A stretch of DNA of 64,000 nt from Chitinophaga pinensis (lineage in GTDB: Bacteria; Bacteroidota; Bacteroidia; Bacteroidales; GCA-2748055), in contig CAMAZH010000001.1 in assembly GCA_945863035.1 (NCBI GenBank), forward strand, positions 42 through 64,041. Direction: 5' to 3'. The notes beneath the pieces were generated by a model, which saw nothing but the letters and a program-made list of their open reading frames with translations, ran no database searches and was not told the DNA's origin. Of the stretch, positions 18,867-27,929 are shown in pieces; the first letter of the stretch is position 1; every line of letters starts with the position of its first letter. A program made the position numbers and the translations under genes.

Positions 18867-18998
18867 AAGAATTATGCGATGGGCGGTAATCCTCTTTTTT
18901 GGTAATAAATCATCCGTTTTTAAATAGGTGTTAAGTAGAATATTTCTAAATAAGTATTTATTATGGGAAATTTCGGGTTCAGTTGGATATAGTTATTG
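18867..18998. repeat. Right arm of the 132-bp inverted repeat (partner at 17121-17252)
   Basis: See the left arm. It ends 119 nt upstream of the anti-sigma start at 19118. It fills most of an unusually long 342-bp sigma/anti-sigma spacer. Confidence 0.8.
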
Positions 18999-19117
18999 TT
19001 AAGGTTATAGAGATAAAAAGAAAATTCAGGATTTTTTTTATGGCGGGTAAGATTCAGGTGAGTTAACTATGAAACTGGACGGAATTTCCTTTCCAGCTTC
19101 ATAACTTCAAGAAAAAT

Positions 19118-20203
19118 ATGCAAGATTCAGCAAATAAGGTTAATAAAGATCTTTTAGAAAGATACAACAAGGAGAAGGTAACTTCTGAGGAAAGAGCAAT
19201 TGTAGAGCGATGGTTCGCCGACAATAATCTTAAGGATCAATTGTCAATATCCTCAATTAATTTATGGGAAAACATTCCTTTGGATATTGATTTACCGGAA
19301 CTTGAAGGGCACCGGATCCTGGACAGGATTCACCATCAGATAAACAGAGAACAATCCGTATTTGTCACTGAAAGCAGGAAGCGATCAGTAGTTCTCAGAT
19401 ATCTTGGCAGGGTCGCTGCAATCCTTTTATTACCGGTTCTTCTGACCACTGTTTTTTTATACTATAAGATCAATGCAATTTACAATGAAGGTGCTTATTC
19501 AGAGATCTATGCTCCGGCAGGGGCCAGCACAACTTTTCATCTTCCGGATGGCTCATCAGGCTGGCTAAATGGAGGATCTTCTATAAAATTCCCAGCTCAT
19601 TTTCATAAAAAAAACCGTTGTATTGAGCTTAGCGGGGAAGCTTATCTGAACGTAACTGAAGATCCCTGCAGGCCATTTATAGTAACTACTTCAAACATTA
19701 AAGTGAGAGTAATTGGAACCTCATTCAATATAATGGCATATGATGATGATTTGAAAACAGAGGTGACATTGGAAAGCGGAAGTGTTGAAGTTTTGAAAAA
19801 GCGAAATAAAAACACTGTGTGTATTGGGAAATTGAAACCTGATCAGGCTCTGATTTATTACCATAAATCAGATTCTTCCTATATGATCTCAGTAAAAAGT
19901 TCCGATAAAACATCATGGAAAGACGGGAAACTGGTTTTCCGGTACGATCCTTTGTGTGAAGTTATAAACAAGATTAATCGGTGGTACAATGTTGATATTA
20001 AAATTATGGATCCGGAATTGAATGATCATAAATACTATGGTACTTTCCAGAACGAAACACTGTCTGAAGTTTTAAAACTTCTTCAGTATACTGCACCGAT
20101 ACGATATAAGGATATGGGAAGACAAAAGAAGCCGGATGGTACCTATGATAAAAGGATCATTGAATTATACAGTAAAAAACAGAATAGTAAAACACATCAT
20201 TAG
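19118..20203 (+). CDS. FecR-family anti-sigma factor / transmembrane sensor
   Basis: 361 aa with one central TM segment (VAAILLLPVLLTTVFLYY). FecR block: TTFHLPDGSSGWLNGGSSIKF...GEAYLNV...PFIVTTSNIKVRVIGTSFNI. The C-terminal domain carries LSEVLKLLQYTAPIRY. Confidence 0.9.
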   Translation: MQDSANKVNKDLLERYNKEKVTSEERAIVERWFADNNLKDQLSISSINLWENIPLDIDLPELEGHRILDRIHHQINREQSVFVTESRKRSVVLRYLGRVAAILLLPVLLTTVFLYYKINAIYNEGAYSEIYAPAGASTTFHLPDGSSGWLNGGSSIKFPAHFHKKNRCIELSGEAYLNVTEDPCRPFIVTTSNIKVRVIGTSFNIMAYDDDLKTEVTLESGSVEVLKKRNKNTVCIGKLKPDQALIYYHKSDSSYMISVKSSDKTSWKDGKLVFRYDPLCEVINKINRWYNVDIKIMDPELNDHKYYGTFQNETLSEVLKLLQYTAPIRYKDMGRQKKPDGTYDKRIIELYSKKQNSKTHH

Positions 20204-20345
20204 TATTTATTATAAAACCATTTGCCTATGCAATAAGATATATCAAATAAAAAAGGAAAGCGCGGGCACGCTTCCCTTTCAATTTAGTAAGCTTTTCCAA
20301 AGCAATTCAAACATTGTTTTTTACTAACTAAATTTATGCAAAGAT

Positions 20346-23300
20346 ATGAAAAAATTTTCCAGGAAATCAGGAGAATATTTTACTAAAATACCCTCTTGTA
20401 AAATACTTAAACATATGAGAAATACTTTATTGTTACTACTCATAACTGTCTTTCAGACCTACGCTGAAAACTCCTATTCCCAAAGTACCTTGTTGACCCT
20501 TAATTTGAAGGAGGTGACTTTAGCAAATGCTCTTGAAAAGATAGAGAGTCAAAGTGAGTTTTACTTTTTATTCAATGCAAAACTCATAGACATTGAAAGG
20601 ATAGTATCTATTTCTGCGAACAACCAAAAAGTGGTTTCCATTCTTGACGATCTTTTTAATAATTCGAATGTGGAGTATATGGTTTATGACCGGCAGATAG
20701 TCTTATCCCCGCGGGAATATATTGCAAGTCTAAAGGCTGAATCTAAGCAGCCCATCACCATTACCGGTATCGTATCCAACGAAAACGGTGAGCCTATGGT
20801 TGGAGTTACCGTGATGATTAAAGGAACATCACAAGGAACAATTACCGATGTGACCGGCAAATTTTCTATCTCCAACGTTCCGGAGGATGCAATATTGGTA
20901 TTTTCGTTCGTGGGGATGAGGACAACGGAGTTGGTTCTTGGGGGTCAAACAAGCGTCAGTGTAACAATGTTGGAAGATATGATAGGAATTGAAGAGGTTG
21001 TGGCGATCGGGTACGGAACCCTTTCCAAAAGAAATATATCTGGTTCAATTACAAATATCACTGAAAAAGAATTTAACAAGGGTGTGACACAAACAGCTGC
21101 TGACCTATTGCAGGGAAAAGCGGCAGGTTTAACTATTACTACGGAGACTGGAGATATTACCGCACAGCAAACCATGCGCTTAAGAGGTACTTCTTCCTTA
21201 ACTGGTTCAAGTGCTCCATTTGTAGTGATTGATGGTGTTCCGGGGATGGATTTAAACTCAGTGGCACCCCAGGATATAGAATCTATTAGCATTTTAAAAG
21301 ATGCATCTTCTGTTGCAATTTACGGTTCGCGTTCCGCCAGCGGGGTAATCCTGATAACCACCAAAAAAGGCAAAAAGGGGCAGGAAAGTGTTCAATACAG
21401 TTCTTATGTGGCGGTTGATATTGCTTCAGATAAACCTGAATTGCTCTCAGCTGCTGAATGGCGTGAATATACAAAAGACCAGAACGTCTCCGGGCTTGAC
21501 CTTGGTGCTGATACCGATTGGTTTGATGAGATCATGAGAGTGGGTATTTCTCATAACCACAATCTTTCAATTACAGGAGGCATAGAAGGCGGAAGCTACC
21601 GGGCATCAATCAACTACCTTGACAGGCAGGGAATTATGAAAGATAATGAGATGGAACGTTATAACAGTATGTTCTCTTTGAACAAAAGAGTTTTAAATGA
21701 CAATTTAGATATAACCCTGACAGGAGGTTCTGTGTTAAGCAATTTTACTCCAACGAATTCTTACAATACAGTATTGGCATACAACATGTTACCTGTTTAT
21801 CCGGTAAAAAATCCGGATGGTTCATGGTTCTCTATTCAGGAATGGGAACAGGGAAACCCGGTACACAATATCGAAGAGAATAGGAACCTTAATAAAACCA
21901 GTTTATTATACGGAAATGTAAAAGCTGTGATGGAAGTCGTTCATGGACTGAACGCTGGTATTAATCTGTTTAAACAACGGAATTCGACGGATAATTCGTT
22001 TTATAATGCATCAACTACACAGGCCGGAAGACAGGTCGGAGGATATGCAAACCGGGGGAACCAGTTGTGGAATAAAGATTTGATAGAGTTAACACTTGAT
22101 TACTCGGCGGAATTTGGTCAGCACGACATAAAAATGTTAGGAGGGTATTCATATGAATATAATACCTACGAGTCAGTTAGAGCTTCAAACAGGACATTTA
22201 TTTCAGATATGTTCGAGTATAATAACCTGGGAGCAGGTGAGAACCTGTTCGCAACGGACGTAAACTCTTATAAAAATATGAGTAAGTTGATTTCCGTATT
22301 CGGGAGGTTAAACTATACCTTTCATGGAAAGTATATCCTGACTGCTACCATAAGGCGGGATGGTTCCTCAAAATTTGGAGATAACAATAAATGGGGAACT
22401 TTCCCATCCATTTCCGGGGCATGGAGGTTGTCTGATGAACCGTTGATAAAAGATATGGGGTTGTTTGATGAATTAAAAGCCCGGATTGGTTATGGTGTGG
22501 TGGGTAACCAGGATGGTATCGGACCCTATACTTCTATTGCCCTGTATGGGCTTGGTGATGAGTATTTTGACAATGGGAAATGGAGAAATACTTACAAGTA
22601 TGCACAAAATGATAACCCTGATCTAAGATGGGAACAAACAGCATCATTTAATCCGGGTATTGATTTCTCTGTACTAAATTATCGATTGAGTGGTTCCGTG
22701 GATTATTATATCAAGAACACCAGTGATTTACTGTATGTGTATAATGTGCCTGTTCCTCCATACCTATATCCCACAATGCTGGCAAATGTTGGGGATATTT
22801 CGAATAAAGGGATAGAAGTTGTATTAAGCGGAACGATAATCAACAGCTCTGACTTTAAATGGACTGCCACTGTAAATTTTGCGCACAACAAAAATATGAT
22901 CGACAGATTATCCAATGATGTCTATCAAACTGATTACATTAAAACAGGTTTTATCGATTTAAGGGGATCTGGGTATCTGACAAGTCATATTGTTGAAGAA
23001 GGCCAGGAAGTTGGCACATTTTATAATCTTAGATGTCTTGGTCTGGATGAAAATGGAAAGTTTATTATAGAAGACACCCATGAAGATGGAGTAATCAATA
23101 ATCTCGATTATACATACATTGGTAATGCAATGCCTCGGTTTACTTATGGTATACTGAATACATTGTCCTATAAAAAGATTGATTTTTCATTTTTCATACG
23201 AGGCTTATATGGAAATGATGTCCTAAATAGTCCCAGGGTACAATACAGCAACCCAAAATGGCTTCCCGGAGGAAATGTATTGCGGGAAGTACTGACAAAT

Positions 23301-23579
23301 GGAATAACCGATGATCCGTTATTCTCTTCATACTTTATTGAAGATGGTTCATTCCTACGAATGGATAATGTGAACTTGGCCTACAATTTTGGTTCACTGA
23401 GCAGGACCGGAATTAAGGGCCTTAAAGTTTACGCTACGGCACAAAATCTTTTTATAATTACAAAGTTTACAGGCCCTGATCCCGAAGTGCGGATGAGTGG
23501 ATTGAATCCTGGCGAACTTGACAAATACTTTGTGCCTAAGCCAAGAACTTTTTCAATTGGTATTGATGTGAAATTTTAA
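20346..23579 (+). CDS. susC: SusC/RagA-family TonB-linked outer-membrane transporter with an N-terminal STN signalling domain
   Basis: 1077 aa. STN block: LNLKEVTLANALEKIESQSEFYFLFNAKLIDIERIVSISANNQKVVSILDDLF. CarboxypepD_reg block: ITGIVSNENGEPMVGVTVMIKGTSQGTITDVTGKFSI. The plug contains SILKDASSVAIYGSRSASGVILITTKKG. The terminal residue is F. It is immediately followed by susD. Confidence 0.9.
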   Translation: MKKFSRKSGEYFTKIPSCKILKHMRNTLLLLLITVFQTYAENSYSQSTLLTLNLKEVTLANALEKIESQSEFYFLFNAKLIDIERIVSISANNQKVVSILDDLFNNSNVEYMVYDRQIVLSPREYIASLKAESKQPITITGIVSNENGEPMVGVTVMIKGTSQGTITDVTGKFSISNVPEDAILVFSFVGMRTTELVLGGQTSVSVTMLEDMIGIEEVVAIGYGTLSKRNISGSITNITEKEFNKGVTQTAADLLQGKAAGLTITTETGDITAQQTMRLRGTSSLTGSSAPFVVIDGVPGMDLNSVAPQDIESISILKDASSVAIYGSRSASGVILITTKKGKKGQESVQYSSYVAVDIASDKPELLSAAEWREYTKDQNVSGLDLGADTDWFDEIMRVGISHNHNLSITGGIEGGSYRASINYLDRQGIMKDNEMERYNSMFSLNKRVLNDNLDITLTGGSVLSNFTPTNSYNTVLAYNMLPVYPVKNPDGSWFSIQEWEQGNPVHNIEENRNLNKTSLLYGNVKAVMEVVHGLNAGINLFKQRNSTDNSFYNASTTQAGRQVGGYANRGNQLWNKDLIELTLDYSAEFGQHDIKMLGGYSYEYNTYESVRASNRTFISDMFEYNNLGAGENLFATDVNSYKNMSKLISVFGRLNYTFHGKYILTATIRRDGSSKFGDNNKWGTFPSISGAWRLSDEPLIKDMGLFDELKARIGYGVVGNQDGIGPYTSIALYGLGDEYFDNGKWRNTYKYAQNDNPDLRWEQTASFNPGIDFSVLNYRLSGSVDYYIKNTSDLLYVYNVPVPPYLYPTMLANVGDISNKGIEVVLSGTIINSSDFKWTATVNFAHNKNMIDRLSNDVYQTDYIKTGFIDLRGSGYLTSHIVEEGQEVGTFYNLRCLGLDENGKFIIEDTHEDGVINNLDYTYIGNAMPRFTYGILNTLSYKKIDFSFFIRGLYGNDVLNSPRVQYSNPKWLPGGNVLREVLTNGITDDPLFSSYFIEDGSFLRMDNVNLAYNFGSLSRTGIKGLKVYATAQNLFIITKFTGPDPEVRMSGLNPGELDKYFVPKPRTFSIGIDVKF

Positions 23580-23597
23580 TTTAAATTAACTACTACC

Positions 23598-25148
23598 ATG
23601 AATAAATATATAAATGCGCTGCTTATTGTTTTAATAATTGCAGCTTTTTCCAATTCATGTACAGATCTTGAAGAGACTGTTTACAGTGAGGTTGCAGTTT
23701 CCGAATTTGGTTCTGCTCCGGAACAAATCGATGCATTGGTAGCATCAATATACAGCACTTTAAAGTTCCATGTTCTTAGTTGGGATTCATACACTTGCCG
23801 TGATGAACTTGCCGGAGATATGATGGCAATTCCTGGATTTAAGGGAGGTGACTGGGGTGAGCCAATGTTTAGTGAAGCCATGAAGCATACTTGGGACGCA
23901 AGCAGCACCGGTTATGATGCTGCATATAATTACCCAACTAGCAGCATAGCATTGTGTAACCAGATTTATTACATGATTGAAACAAGCCCGGGAATATCCG
24001 AAGCAAACAAAGTGAGGTTTCTTTCTGAAATCAGAGGAGTACGGGCCTTCTGGTACTATATTTTGTGCGATCAATTTGGGAATGTTCCTATTGTTACTGA
24101 TTTCCTTGATCGGTCTCAACCTGAGACTAACTCCCGCAGCGAGGTTTATGATTTCATTATTAAAGAACTTATTGAGATAAAAGATAGTCTTAGATCTGAT
24201 GTTCCTGGATTGCAAAGTTACGGAAGGTTTACAAAGGGTGCAGCCTATGCTCTGTTGGCCAAAATGTACCTGAATGCCGGGGTATACAAACCGGAAGGCG
24301 GCTCTAAATGGGAAGAATGTATTGAAGCCTGCAACGGGGTAATGGCATTACCCTATGTACTTGAAGGAGTCTGGAAAAAGAATTTTACTCCTGACAATCA
24401 TTTATCTGAAGAGGCGATCCTTTCAGCTGCGTTTAAAGCTGGTGGCAGCGGAATTGAGAATATTATAGCGTTAAATACTCTTCACTATTTAGATCCAATT
24501 GCACTGGGGCTGAATATCAGCCCATGGAATGGAATTGCTGCAAACCCTGACTATGTTAAATCCTTCGACACACTTGATATAAGATATGAAGGTTCTTTCC
24601 TCGTTGGACCAATGATTGATCCGGCGACCGGTGAAGTATTGGTAACCTCTCACGGCCGCCCCCTCATTCACACGGTTGAGATGGTTCTTAATGAGGTAGA
24701 TGGAGATGGTTGGGGATGGATAAACCAGGAAGAAGGTGCACGCGTTGCTAAATGGGATTATGAACCAGGGCTTAGTACCTCCATGGAAAATGATATCCAT
24801 ATTTTCAGGCTTGCGGATATTTATCTGACCAAGGCTGAAGCATTGCTCAGAAGCGGGGGAAGTATCGCAGTTGCCACAGATCTTGTTAATGCTATTCGCG
24901 CCAGGGCATTTCCGGGTAAACCCGAAAAGTTATACAGTTCTGTTACACTGGATGATGTTTACAACGAACGCAGGTTAGAATTTGCATGGGAAGGGTTCAC
25001 CAGACAGGATATGATCCGGTTTGGGACGTTCCTTTTACCTCGGACACCTTTTAAACCCTACCAAAGCGATTCAAAATACTTGTTATATCCGATACCCCAA
25101 TCAGCAATTGATGCAAATAATAAATTGAAACAAAATCAGGGATATTAA
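23598..25148 (+). CDS. susD: SusD/RagB-family nutrient-binding outer-membrane lipoprotein
   Basis: 516 aa. Lipobox: IIAAFSNSC. SusD blocks: AYALLAKMYLNAG, FRLADIYLTKAEALL, ERRLEFAWEGFTRQDMIRFG. The start lies 18 nt after the susC stop. Confidence 0.9.
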   Translation: MNKYINALLIVLIIAAFSNSCTDLEETVYSEVAVSEFGSAPEQIDALVASIYSTLKFHVLSWDSYTCRDELAGDMMAIPGFKGGDWGEPMFSEAMKHTWDASSTGYDAAYNYPTSSIALCNQIYYMIETSPGISEANKVRFLSEIRGVRAFWYYILCDQFGNVPIVTDFLDRSQPETNSRSEVYDFIIKELIEIKDSLRSDVPGLQSYGRFTKGAAYALLAKMYLNAGVYKPEGGSKWEECIEACNGVMALPYVLEGVWKKNFTPDNHLSEEAILSAAFKAGGSGIENIIALNTLHYLDPIALGLNISPWNGIAANPDYVKSFDTLDIRYEGSFLVGPMIDPATGEVLVTSHGRPLIHTVEMVLNEVDGDGWGWINQEEGARVAKWDYEPGLSTSMENDIHIFRLADIYLTKAEALLRSGGSIAVATDLVNAIRARAFPGKPEKLYSSVTLDDVYNERRLEFAWEGFTRQDMIRFGTFLLPRTPFKPYQSDSKYLLYPIPQSAIDANNKLKQNQGY

Positions 25149-25168
25149 AGCTGTTGAAAACTTAAAAC

Positions 25169-25231
25169 TGGGCTTGTTGAGGTTCCGTTACTGAAGGCTG
25201 GATGGTTAAAATGGAAGACAAGCCCATTTTT
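25169..25231 (+). terminator. Possible terminator after susD (9-bp stem, long loop, T-tract)
   Basis: tgggcttgt (25169-25177) pairs with acaagccca (25218-25226), followed by ttttt. The 40-nt loop makes this weak. Confidence 0.3.
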
Positions 25232-25444
25232 AAGATCAGATTAAGTTTGGGAATATTTGATTTCGTAAAACATTATTTTGTTGATTTAACTTAACTTTTG
25301 GTTCAGCAGGAAAATATGCTTTGTGGATAATGGACGAGCAATATTTTTATAAATCTTATAAAATAATCTGATCTTTTTTTTCAGGTTGAAAATATTTGTA
25401 ATACTTCCGTTGAGTCGGGGAAAATAAATAATAAAACTATAGAA

Positions 25445-26614
25445 ATGAATAGAAAAAAATTTTTATCAAATCTTGGAATGATGGGGACCGCTGCTATGAT
25501 TGCTCCGTCAATGATGGCTTCATCTCCATCTGTTAAATTAATCAATACATCCGGTAAGAAAATCAGAGTTGGGGTAATCGGATGTGGCAGTGTATCCGCA
25601 TATTATCTAAAGCACCTATCAAAATGTCCGTATGCCGAAATAGTAAGCCTTTGCGACATTATCCCGGAGAGGGCACAAAACCGGGCAAGGGAATATAAGG
25701 TAAACAGTTGGTATCCGCATATTGATAAAATGCTTGCGGGTGTTGACTTTGATTTGTTTGTAAACCTCACGGATATGCAGGAGCATTATCGTTTGAACGT
25801 TATTGCTCTTAATTCAGGTAAGCATGTATGGAGTGAAAAACCAATGGCCAGTACTTACAATGAGGGCTCTGAGTTGATAAAACTCGCTTCACAAAAAGGA
25901 GTCAGGATCTGGGGAGCACCCGTTGTTGTTAATAGTCCTCAGTTTGCTTTTATCGCAAAACAGATCAATGAGGGCAATTTTGGCCGGATTTCTGCTGCGC
26001 ATGGTTGCTATGGTCACCTTGGGCCATCGTGGTCCTCTTTTTTTTATGAAAAACTTGGCGGCAGCATTCCCGACTTAGCTGTTTATAATATCACAAGCCT
26101 TACCGGATTGTTGGGGCCTGCCGTTTCTGTTTTGGCAATGACAAATATTATCTCCCCAACTCGTGAGATCGATAACAAAGGAACCGTTAAAGTTACTGAA
26201 GAAGATAATTCTCATATCCTTCTGGAACACCAGAGTGGGGCTATTTCGCATATTCAGAGCGGGTTTAACTATACGATGGCTCATAGTTATGATAGTGAGG
26301 AAATCTCTACTATTTCCATTATCGGCACAAAAGCCAGGATGGATATGATTGGGTATGATTGGGACCCCTTAGCTGTTGATGTGGCAACTCCCGCTATACA
26401 AAAGATGGAGCGTATGGCTACAGACCCGGGTACCTATGTCTGGGAGGAGGGGGCATCTGTAATCTGCGAATTCCTGGCTACAGGAAAGGAACCGCTATTC
26501 AGTGCCGGCCACGCATTGCATGCAGTAGAGATTATGGAAGCCTCAAGGAAATCCCAGGAGACAGGGAAACGTATCTGGCTGAAATCTGAATTTGTCTGGC
26601 CAGTAGTTACATAG
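25445..26614 (+). CDS. Exported Gfo/Idh/MocA-family NAD(P)-dependent oxidoreductase (tandem copy 1)
   Basis: 389 aa. The N-terminal signal MNRKKFLSNLGMMGTAAMIAPSMMA is TAT-like but has RK in place of RR. Rossmann block: KIRVGVIGCGSVS. Also present: GKHVWSEKPMA. Confidence 0.85.
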   Translation: MNRKKFLSNLGMMGTAAMIAPSMMASSPSVKLINTSGKKIRVGVIGCGSVSAYYLKHLSKCPYAEIVSLCDIIPERAQNRAREYKVNSWYPHIDKMLAGVDFDLFVNLTDMQEHYRLNVIALNSGKHVWSEKPMASTYNEGSELIKLASQKGVRIWGAPVVVNSPQFAFIAKQINEGNFGRISAAHGCYGHLGPSWSSFFYEKLGGSIPDLAVYNITSLTGLLGPAVSVLAMTNIISPTREIDNKGTVKVTEEDNSHILLEHQSGAISHIQSGFNYTMAHSYDSEEISTISIIGTKARMDMIGYDWDPLAVDVATPAIQKMERMATDPGTYVWEEGASVICEFLATGKEPLFSAGHALHAVEIMEASRKSQETGKRIWLKSEFVWPVVT

Positions 26615-26719
26615 TGTATGAAATATGCAATCAGTGGTTATGGATAAAGTAAAATGTGAAATAAAATACCACATGAACATCCAGTTTAAATTGTTTAATA
26701 AAATTCAAAGACTAATAAA

Positions 26720-27898
26720 ATGACAAATATTAACCGAAAGAAATTCCTGAAAAGAATTGGAGCATTAGGTACTGCAGCAGCCATAGCACCGTCATTATTT
26801 TCTATTAAATCGTCTGCATCAGTTCATACACCCATTAACCGCAAAATTAAAGTTGGTGTTATTGGCTGCGGTAGCGTTGCCAGAAAGTACTTGCCGCATC
26901 TTACAGGTAGTCCTTATGCTGAAATTGTGAGTCTTTGTGATATTATTCCAGAGAGAGCAAAAGAACGAGCTAGCGAATTCAACATAAAAAACTGGTATCC
27001 TCATATCGATAAAATGCTGGCAGGGGTTGATTTTGATTTGTTCGTGAATCTCACGAATATGCAGGAACATGGTCGTTTAAACCGCTTAGCCATTAATGCT
27101 GGCAAACATGTTTGGAGTGAAAAACCAATGGCCAATACTTATAATGAAGGCCTGGATTTGTTAAATCTTGCCAAGAGCAAGGGTTTAAGGATATGGGGTG
27201 CTCCGGCAGTTGTAAACAGTCCACAGTTTGCATTTATGGCACAGCAGATAAATCAAGGTAATTTAGGATTGATTTCGGCAGGACATGGTTCATATGGGCA
27301 TCAGGGACCCACATGGTCTTCATTTTTTTATGAAAAACTTGGGGGAAGCATGCCTGATCTGGGTGTATATAATATTGCCACACTTACCGGACTTCTTGGA
27401 CCGGCAGTATCGGTAACAGCAATACTTAATATTATTTCTCCTACCCGCAATATCGACGATAAAGGCACAATTAAAGTTGAAGAAGAAGATAATGCTCATA
27501 TATTGATGGAGCACAAAAGTGGAGCAATATCACATATTCAGTGCGGTTTTAATTATCTGGACCCGCATGGATATGAGGGTGATGAAATTCCTACTTTGTC
27601 TGTTATTGGTTCAAGGGGTAAGATGGAAATGATTGGATATGACTGGGCGCCCTATGCAGTTGATATGGCAACTTCAGCCGATCAAAATATGCGGCGATTG
27701 GCAACAGATCGAGGAACTTATAAGTGGGAGGAAGGGGCATCGGTAATTTGTGAATATCTGTCAACGGGAAAAGAGCCTCTGATCAATGTGGAGCATACAT
27801 TGCATGTTCTTGAAATTATTGAGGCAGCCCGAAAATCCCAGGAAACACGCAAGCGTATTGAATTAATGTCGGTTTTTAAATGGCCGGTTGTTAGTTAA
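26720..27898 (+). CDS. Exported Gfo/Idh/MocA-family oxidoreductase (tandem copy 2, close paralog of copy 1)
   Basis: 392 aa. N-terminus: NRKKFLKRIGALGTAAAIAPSLFS. It is collinear with copy 1 over its full length, roughly 70-75 percent identical by eye. Both share, for example, YAEIVSLCDIIPERA, WYPHIDKMLAGVDFDLFVNLT and WSSFFYEKLGGS. Confidence 0.85.
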   Translation: MTNINRKKFLKRIGALGTAAAIAPSLFSIKSSASVHTPINRKIKVGVIGCGSVARKYLPHLTGSPYAEIVSLCDIIPERAKERASEFNIKNWYPHIDKMLAGVDFDLFVNLTNMQEHGRLNRLAINAGKHVWSEKPMANTYNEGLDLLNLAKSKGLRIWGAPAVVNSPQFAFMAQQINQGNLGLISAGHGSYGHQGPTWSSFFYEKLGGSMPDLGVYNIATLTGLLGPAVSVTAILNIISPTRNIDDKGTIKVEEEDNAHILMEHKSGAISHIQCGFNYLDPHGYEGDEIPTLSVIGSRGKMEMIGYDWAPYAVDMATSADQNMRRLATDRGTYKWEEGASVICEYLSTGKEPLINVEHTLHVLEIIEAARKSQETRKRIELMSVFKWPVVS

Positions 27899-27929
27899 TT
27901 TATAGAAGTAGGGAAGGGCAAATGGATTT

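Noticed and set aside
18975-18990. The gggttcagttggat stretch inside the inverted repeat superficially resembles a tRNA T-arm/D-arm.
   Set aside because: No cloverleaf, acceptor stem or GTTCGAATC-type T-loop can be drawn around it. I found no tRNA in any intergenic region.
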